Shown: positions 42,934 to 47,636 of the stretch, piece by piece
Numbering within the stretch: position 1 is the stretch's first letter
Layout: each line of letters opens with the position of its first letter
Assembly: GCA_049287785.1 (NCBI GenBank)
Contig: JBAQGL010000283.1
Span: 1-47,636, forward strand
DNA from: Candidatus Dormiibacterota bacterium
GTDB taxonomy: Bacteria > Chloroflexota > Dormibacteria > Aeolococcales > Aeolococcaceae
DNA: 47,636 bases
Reading direction: 5' to 3'
The notes under the pieces: model-generated
What the model was told of the DNA's origin: nothing
What the model saw: the letters and a program-made list of their open reading frames with translations, nothing else
The model's database searches: none
Made by a program: the position numbers and the translations under genes

Positions 42934-44223
42934 ATGGCTGAGTACAAGCTACTCACGAAGGATTTTGGCGCGGACGCCCTGCAGACGCTCAGGGGCTACG
43001 AGAAGGTCGGCGGCTACCAGGGCCTGCGGGAGGCATTCAAGAAGTTCACCCCGGAGACGCTGGTCGCGGAGGTCAAGACGTCCAACATCCGCGGCCGGGG
43101 AGGGGCCGGGTTCCCGACCGGGATGAAGTGGTCGTTCCTTCCGAAGGACGTCTTCCCGCGCTATCTCTGCTGTAACGCCGACGAGTCCGAGCCGGGGTGC
43201 TTCAAGGACCGCTACCTGATCGACGAGAGCCCGCATCAGCTCATCGAGGGGCTCCTGATCGCATCGTATGCGCTCCAGGTGAACACGTCGTTCATCTACA
43301 TCCGCGGGGAGTATCACGACCAGCGCCTCCTGCTCGAGCGCGCAGTCGAAGAGGCGCGCGCTGGCGGCTACATCGGCAAGAACATACTCGGCAGCGGATT
43401 CGACTGCGACGTGATCGTGCATGGTGGCGCGGGCGCATACATCTGTGGCGAGGAGACGGCGCTGATCGAGTCGCTCGAGGGCCTTCGAGGCCAGCCACGG
43501 CTCAAGCCGCCGTTCCCGGCGATCAAGGGCCTCTATGGACAACCGACGGTCGTGAACAACGTCGAAACACTTTGCAACCTTCCCCACATCGTGCAGCGCG
43601 GCGGCGAGTGGTTCAAAGCGCTCGGCACCGAAAAGAGCGCCGGCACAAGGGTTTTCTGCTGCAGCGGCCACATCGAGCGGCCCGGCAATTACGAGATGAA
43701 GCTGGGGACGCCGATTCGCGAACTCCTCGACGAGGAGTGCGGCGGGATGTGGCGGGGCCGCACGCTCAAGGCGTTCCAGCCGGGAGGAGGCTCGATGCAG
43801 GTGCTGCTTCCTCAGCACCTCGACCTGCCGCTGGACATGAACGCCGTCCAGGAGGCGGGATCATCGCTCGGGGCGGGCGCGATGATCTTCATGGACGAGA
43901 CCACGTGCCTGGTCGACGTGTCGATGCGGCTGGTCGACTTCTATCGCCACGAATCGTGTGGCAAGTGCGTACCGTGTCGCGAGGGAACGTACTTCGAATC
44001 GGAGCTCATGCACCGGCTTGAGTCGGGGTATGCGACACACGCCGAGCTGGCCACCCTCACTGACATCTGCTCGAACATGGACGGCCGCTGCTTCTGCCCG
44101 CTCGGCGACACCGCGACGTGGTTCGTGATGTCCGCGTACAAGTACTTCCGCGACGAGTTCGAAGCCCACTGCGGAGCCGGCCGTTGCCCCGTGAGGGCGC
44201 AGGCCACGGCACTGGTGGCGTGA
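42934..44223 (+). CDS. nuoF: NADH-quinone oxidoreductase subunit F
   Basis: GRGGAGFPTGMKWSF (FMN site), GAGAYICGEETALIESLEG and ESCGKCVPCREG (N3 cluster). Confidence 0.92.
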   Translation: MAEYKLLTKDFGADALQTLRGYEKVGGYQGLREAFKKFTPETLVAEVKTSNIRGRGGAGFPTGMKWSFLPKDVFPRYLCCNADESEPGCFKDRYLIDESPHQLIEGLLIASYALQVNTSFIYIRGEYHDQRLLLERAVEEARAGGYIGKNILGSGFDCDVIVHGGAGAYICGEETALIESLEGLRGQPRLKPPFPAIKGLYGQPTVVNNVETLCNLPHIVQRGGEWFKALGTEKSAGTRVFCCSGHIERPGNYEMKLGTPIRELLDEECGGMWRGRTLKAFQPGGGSMQVLLPQHLDLPLDMNAVQEAGSSLGAGAMIFMDETTCLVDVSMRLVDFYRHESCGKCVPCREGTYFESELMHRLESGYATHAELATLTDICSNMDGRCFCPLGDTATWFVMSAYKYFRDEFEAHCGAGRCPVRAQATALVA

Positions 44224-46163
44224 CCGCGGTGGCGGAGACGGGAACGCCGCCCGAGCAGCCGGAGGACGGCCGCGTCGGCATCAGCATCGATGGACGCGAG
44301 CTCCGCGTTCCCAAGGGAACGCTGGTGCTCGACGCCGCAACCGAGGCCGGCATCCACATCCCGATCTATTGCGCGCATCCGAAGATGGACCCGGTGGCGG
44401 TGTGCCGGATGTGCCTGGTCAACATCGAGAAGTTCCCGAAGCCACAGCCGGCCTGCGCGACCGTCGCCGGGGAGGGCATGGTGGTGCGGACCGATCTTCC
44501 TGAGGTCACCAAGCTTCGCGAGGGGATGCTCGAGTTCCTGCTGCTCAACCACCCGCTCGATTGCCCGGTGTGCGACCGGGGCGGGGAGTGTGACCTGCAG
44601 GACTTCACCTTCCGATACGGGCCGGGGATCTCGAGGTTTCCCATCACCGAGAAGGTCCATTTCAAGAAGGCGATCCCGCTCTCGGAGAACATCGAGCTCG
44701 ACCAGGAGCGCTGCATCCTGTGCTGGCGCTGCGTTCGCTACTACGACGAGATCACCGGCGAGAAGGAGATCGTCCTCCAGCAGCGTGGCGTCGACACCCT
44801 GGTCGCAACCTTTGATGATCGCCAGCTGGAGTCGAAGTTCCAGGGCAACCTCCCCGAGGTCTGCCCGGTGGGCGCGCTCACGCACCGGAAGTACCGCTTC
44901 GTCTCGCGTCCGTGGGATCTGCAGCGCACTGCGAGCATCTGCCCCGAGTGCTCATATGGCTGCAACATCAATGTCGACAGCCGGGATTTCGAGGTGCGTC
45001 GATTCGCGTCGCGCGACAACCCGCTGGTCGACGACATGTGGCTGTGCGATCGTGGCCGGTACAGCTTCGACCGTTGGAACAGCGCTGAGCGCGTCCGCCG
45101 GCCGGTGGTCCGCAGCGACGACGAGTCGCGCGATGTCTCCGTCCCCGAGGCGATCACCCAGGCCGCACGGCGGCTTCGCGAGATCGCCGAGGAGTACGGC
45201 GCCGCATCGATCGGCGTGCTCGGGTCGAGCGCGAGCACCAACGAGGAGCTGTTCCTGCTCGAGCGAATCGCTCGCCAGGTGATCGGCACCCCGCACGTCG
45301 ACCATCAGCTCGACCCGTTCGACGGTCTCTCGGCCGCCGAGCACGAGCTTGGCATCGCCGAGATCGAGGACTGCGACGCGCTGATCGTGCTCGGCCCTGA
45401 GCCCGAGGAGCAGGCGCCGGTGTTGACGCTGCGGCTCTACAAGGCCGAGCGCAAGAAGGGCGCACGCGTCATCAGGTTGAGCAAAGACGTCGCAGCGGCG
45501 GATGCGGCCGCAGCTGCCTCGGGGGCTTCGCGAATCGGTCTCATCGCAGACGAGACCAATCGCGACCACGCGGCCGGGCTGGCTGCTGTGCTCGCCGCGA
45601 TCGGCTCGGTGCGTCGCCTCACCATCACGCGCGGCACCAATGGGCGGGGCGCGAAGGACCTCGGCATGCTCCCGAATTTCGGCCCCGCGTATGCCGCGCT
45701 GCAGGACCGCGGGAAGAATGGCCGCCAGATCCTCGAAGCGCTTGCAACGGGTGAGCTCCGTGCCCTGCTGATGCTTGGCCCCAACCCGGCGCTTGATGCG
45801 GAAGCCGACCTCCTCGAGCGCGCGCTGCGCAAGGCGGCGTGCGTGGTGGCGTTCGACACCCGTCCGGGGATCGTGTCCCGGTACGCGACGGTGCTCTTTC
45901 CCGGCCACGCCATCTTCGAGAAGGCCGGCACCATGACCAATGTCGAGGGCCGCGTCCAGCGGATCCGCGCCGGACTTCCGCCCGCCTCCGCCACCCCGAC
46001 CGAGACGCGAGTGCTCACCAGCATTGCCGGCGAGATGGGGGCGGTGGGGTGGGGGTCGGGCGACCCGCTCGCGGTCAATCGCCTGCTCCGCGACGAGTTT
46101 CCTGTTTACGGTCGCGCCGGCAACGGCGGCCGGGCGCTCTTCACCGCCGGGGCAGTGGCGTGA
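44220..46163 (+). CDS. nuoG: NADH-quinone oxidoreductase subunit G
   Basis: IDGRELRVPKGT...CRMCLV (2Fe-2S), HPLDCPVCDRGGECDLQD, CILCWRCVRY and CPVGAL. GTG 44220 forms a GTGA overlap with the nuoF stop. Confidence 0.9.
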   Translation: MTAVAETGTPPEQPEDGRVGISIDGRELRVPKGTLVLDAATEAGIHIPIYCAHPKMDPVAVCRMCLVNIEKFPKPQPACATVAGEGMVVRTDLPEVTKLREGMLEFLLLNHPLDCPVCDRGGECDLQDFTFRYGPGISRFPITEKVHFKKAIPLSENIELDQERCILCWRCVRYYDEITGEKEIVLQQRGVDTLVATFDDRQLESKFQGNLPEVCPVGALTHRKYRFVSRPWDLQRTASICPECSYGCNINVDSRDFEVRRFASRDNPLVDDMWLCDRGRYSFDRWNSAERVRRPVVRSDDESRDVSVPEAITQAARRLREIAEEYGAASIGVLGSSASTNEELFLLERIARQVIGTPHVDHQLDPFDGLSAAEHELGIAEIEDCDALIVLGPEPEEQAPVLTLRLYKAERKKGARVIRLSKDVAAADAAAAASGASRIGLIADETNRDHAAGLAAVLAAIGSVRRLTITRGTNGRGAKDLGMLPNFGPAYAALQDRGKNGRQILEALATGELRALLMLGPNPALDAEADLLERALRKAACVVAFDTRPGIVSRYATVLFPGHAIFEKAGTMTNVEGRVQRIRAGLPPASATPTETRVLTSIAGEMGAVGWGSGDPLAVNRLLRDEFPVYGRAGNGGRALFTAGAVA

Positions 46164-47170
46164 TCGGTCCAGACGATCTCTGGTGGGTCCTGCTCATCAA
46201 GTGCGGGGTGCTGGTCGTCTTCCTGCTCACGGCGTTCGCGTATCTCACCCTCGCTGAACGCAAGATCTCGGCCCGCATCCAGCTGCGCTACGGCCCAAAC
46301 CGTGTGGGTCCGTTCGGGATGCTCCAGCCTGCCGCGGACGGTCTGAAGCTCTTCTTCAAGGAGAACGTCGCTCCGGCGCAACGCGACAAGGTCCTGTACC
46401 TGGTGGGGCCGAGCCTCGCCGGCGGCGCGGCACTGCTCGCGTACGCGGTGATTCCCTGGGGCACCAACAACTGGTTCGGGCACGAATTCCACTGGGACAT
46501 CGCCCACGTCAACGTCGGGCTGCTCTTCATCCTCGGGATCACGTCGCTCGGCGTGTACTCGCTGTTCCTGGGCGGGTTCGCGTCGAACAGCAAGTACTCG
46601 CTGCTCGGTGGTCTGCGCTCGTCGGCGCAGCTCATCTCCTACGAGATGGCGGTGTCGTTCGCGCTCATCGGAGTCGTGATCCTCTCGGGATCGCTCGATC
46701 TCGAGAAGATCGTCGGTTCGCAGCAGGGACTGTGGTTCGTCGTCCTCCAGCCGCTCGCCTTCATCCTCTATTTCACGGCCGCGTTCGCCGAGACCAACCG
46801 TCTGCCCTTCGACCTCCCGGAGGCCGAGACGGAGCTGATCGCCGGCTACCACACCGAGTATTCGGCGATGCGCTTCGGGCTCTACTTCCTCGGCGAGTAC
46901 ATCAACATGGTCACGGTCTGCTCCATCGCAACGGCGCTGTTCCTCGGAGGGTGGTTGCCGCTGCTGCCATTCCACCCGTTCGACTGGATCCCGGGTCCGA
47001 TCTGGTTCCTCGGCAAGGTCGCCGTCCTGCTCTTCGTGATGATCTGGGTGCGCTGGACGCTGCCGCGCCTCCGTTACGACCGGCTGATGAACTTCGGGTG
47101 GAAGGTGCTGCTGCCGCTCGGCTTGATCAACATCGTCGTCACCGGCGCGGTCGTCGCGCTCCGGGCATAG
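46160..47170 (+). CDS. nuoH: NADH-quinone oxidoreductase subunit H
   Basis: LAERKISARIQLRYGPNRVGPFGMLQPAADGLKLFFKE, AETNRLPFDLPEAETELIAGYHTEYS. GTG 46160 forms a GTGA overlap with the nuoG stop. Confidence 0.92.
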   Translation: MIGPDDLWWVLLIKCGVLVVFLLTAFAYLTLAERKISARIQLRYGPNRVGPFGMLQPAADGLKLFFKENVAPAQRDKVLYLVGPSLAGGAALLAYAVIPWGTNNWFGHEFHWDIAHVNVGLLFILGITSLGVYSLFLGGFASNSKYSLLGGLRSSAQLISYEMAVSFALIGVVILSGSLDLEKIVGSQQGLWFVVLQPLAFILYFTAAFAETNRLPFDLPEAETELIAGYHTEYSAMRFGLYFLGEYINMVTVCSIATALFLGGWLPLLPFHPFDWIPGPIWFLGKVAVLLFVMIWVRWTLPRLRYDRLMNFGWKVLLPLGLINIVVTGAVVALRA

Positions 47171-47189
47171 CCATGGTGAGGGTGAGGCG

Positions 47190-47636
47190 ATGATCAAGGA
47201 GATCGCGAAGGGCCTCGCGTTCACGCTGAAGAAGATGGGGACGCACCCCATCACCGTGCAGTGGCCGGAGGAGCAGAAACCGGTATCACCGCGCCATCGC
47301 GGGCGCCACATCCTCCACCGGTACGACAACGGGCTCGAGCGTTGCATCGGCTGCGAGCTCTGCGCCGCCGCCTGCCCGGTGGGATGCATCTACGTGCTCG
47401 CGGCCGAGAACGATCCCAGGTCGCCGATCTCGCCGGGCGAGCGCTATGCCGAGCGCTACGAGATCAACCTGATGCGCTGCATCTACTGCGGCTACTGCGC
47501 TGAAGCCTGCCCGACCGAGGCGATCACCCTCGGTCCGCGGTTCGAGCTGGCCGACTATCGCCGTGAGCGGACCGTCGTCACCAAGGCGGAGCTGCTCGAG
47601 TCGTGGCCGGGCTTCACCGAGGCGCAGCGCCCGGCG
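47190..47636 (+). CDS. nuoI: NADH-quinone oxidoreductase subunit I (3' end outside window)
   Basis: Own translation from ATG 47190: MIKEIAKGLAFTLKKM...RCIGCELCAAACP...RCIYCGYCAEACP (two 4Fe-4S ferredoxin motifs). The frame is open to the window end. It is absent from the ORF track because it has no stop. Confidence 0.85.
   Translation, partial: MIKEIAKGLAFTLKKMGTHPITVQWPEEQKPVSPRHRGRHILHRYDNGLERCIGCELCAAACPVGCIYVLAAENDPRSPISPGERYAERYEINLMRCIYCGYCAEACPTEAITLGPRFELADYRRERTVVTKAELLESWPGFTEAQRPA

Noticed and set aside
41449-47389. Series of long minus-strand ORFs (41449..42225, 42949..43818, 43941..44885, 44952..45908, 46106..47389)
   Set aside because: All are antisense to nuoD through nuoH, whose products are recognisable residue by residue.
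1-47636. CRISPR arrays, rRNA genes, insertion sequences
   Set aside because: None were seen on reading the intergenic regions. The only repeats are the short regulatory-scale ones listed above.

Overview
A very GC-rich, gene-dense chromosomal segment of actinobacterial type: MshA-like glycosyltransferase, F420-type enzymes, dodecin, leaderless-looking genes, and Pro/Thr-rich linkers in the secreted proteins. I support about 50 protein genes, one tRNA-Gly(UCC) and one cobalamin riboswitch. I saw no rRNA, CRISPR array, transposase or integrase. Core genes present: nuoA to nuoI (the window ends inside nuoI), metG, trpS, an archaeal/eukaryotic-type tyrS, rsgA, pepN, rmlA/rmlD and an mshA-like gene. 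Accessory content: (i) Two paralogous zinc-ribbon / class III nucleotide cyclase / STAND ATPase / TPR proteins, one cut by the window start. (ii) A MarR + LLM oxidoreductase + F420-type NADP reductase cluster. (iii) An ArsR-headed five-gene operon. (iv) A divergent TetR/O-methyltransferase pair. (v) Two lipoprotein genes next to the tRNA. The most interesting locus is 29692..35090 on the minus strand. A textbook cobalamin riboswitch there drives a translationally coupled five-gene operon. It encodes an ECF-type importer (EcfT, fused EcfA-A', S component) preceded by two exported, tail-anchored proteins: a prenyltransferase-like alpha/alpha toroid and a DUF4430/transcobalamin-beta-like domain. 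Together these two look like a split transcobalamin-type B12 capture module. Many long ORFs in the supplied track are antisense or alternate-frame artefacts of high GC and are rejected. All functional calls come from reading motifs by eye, since no database search could be run.
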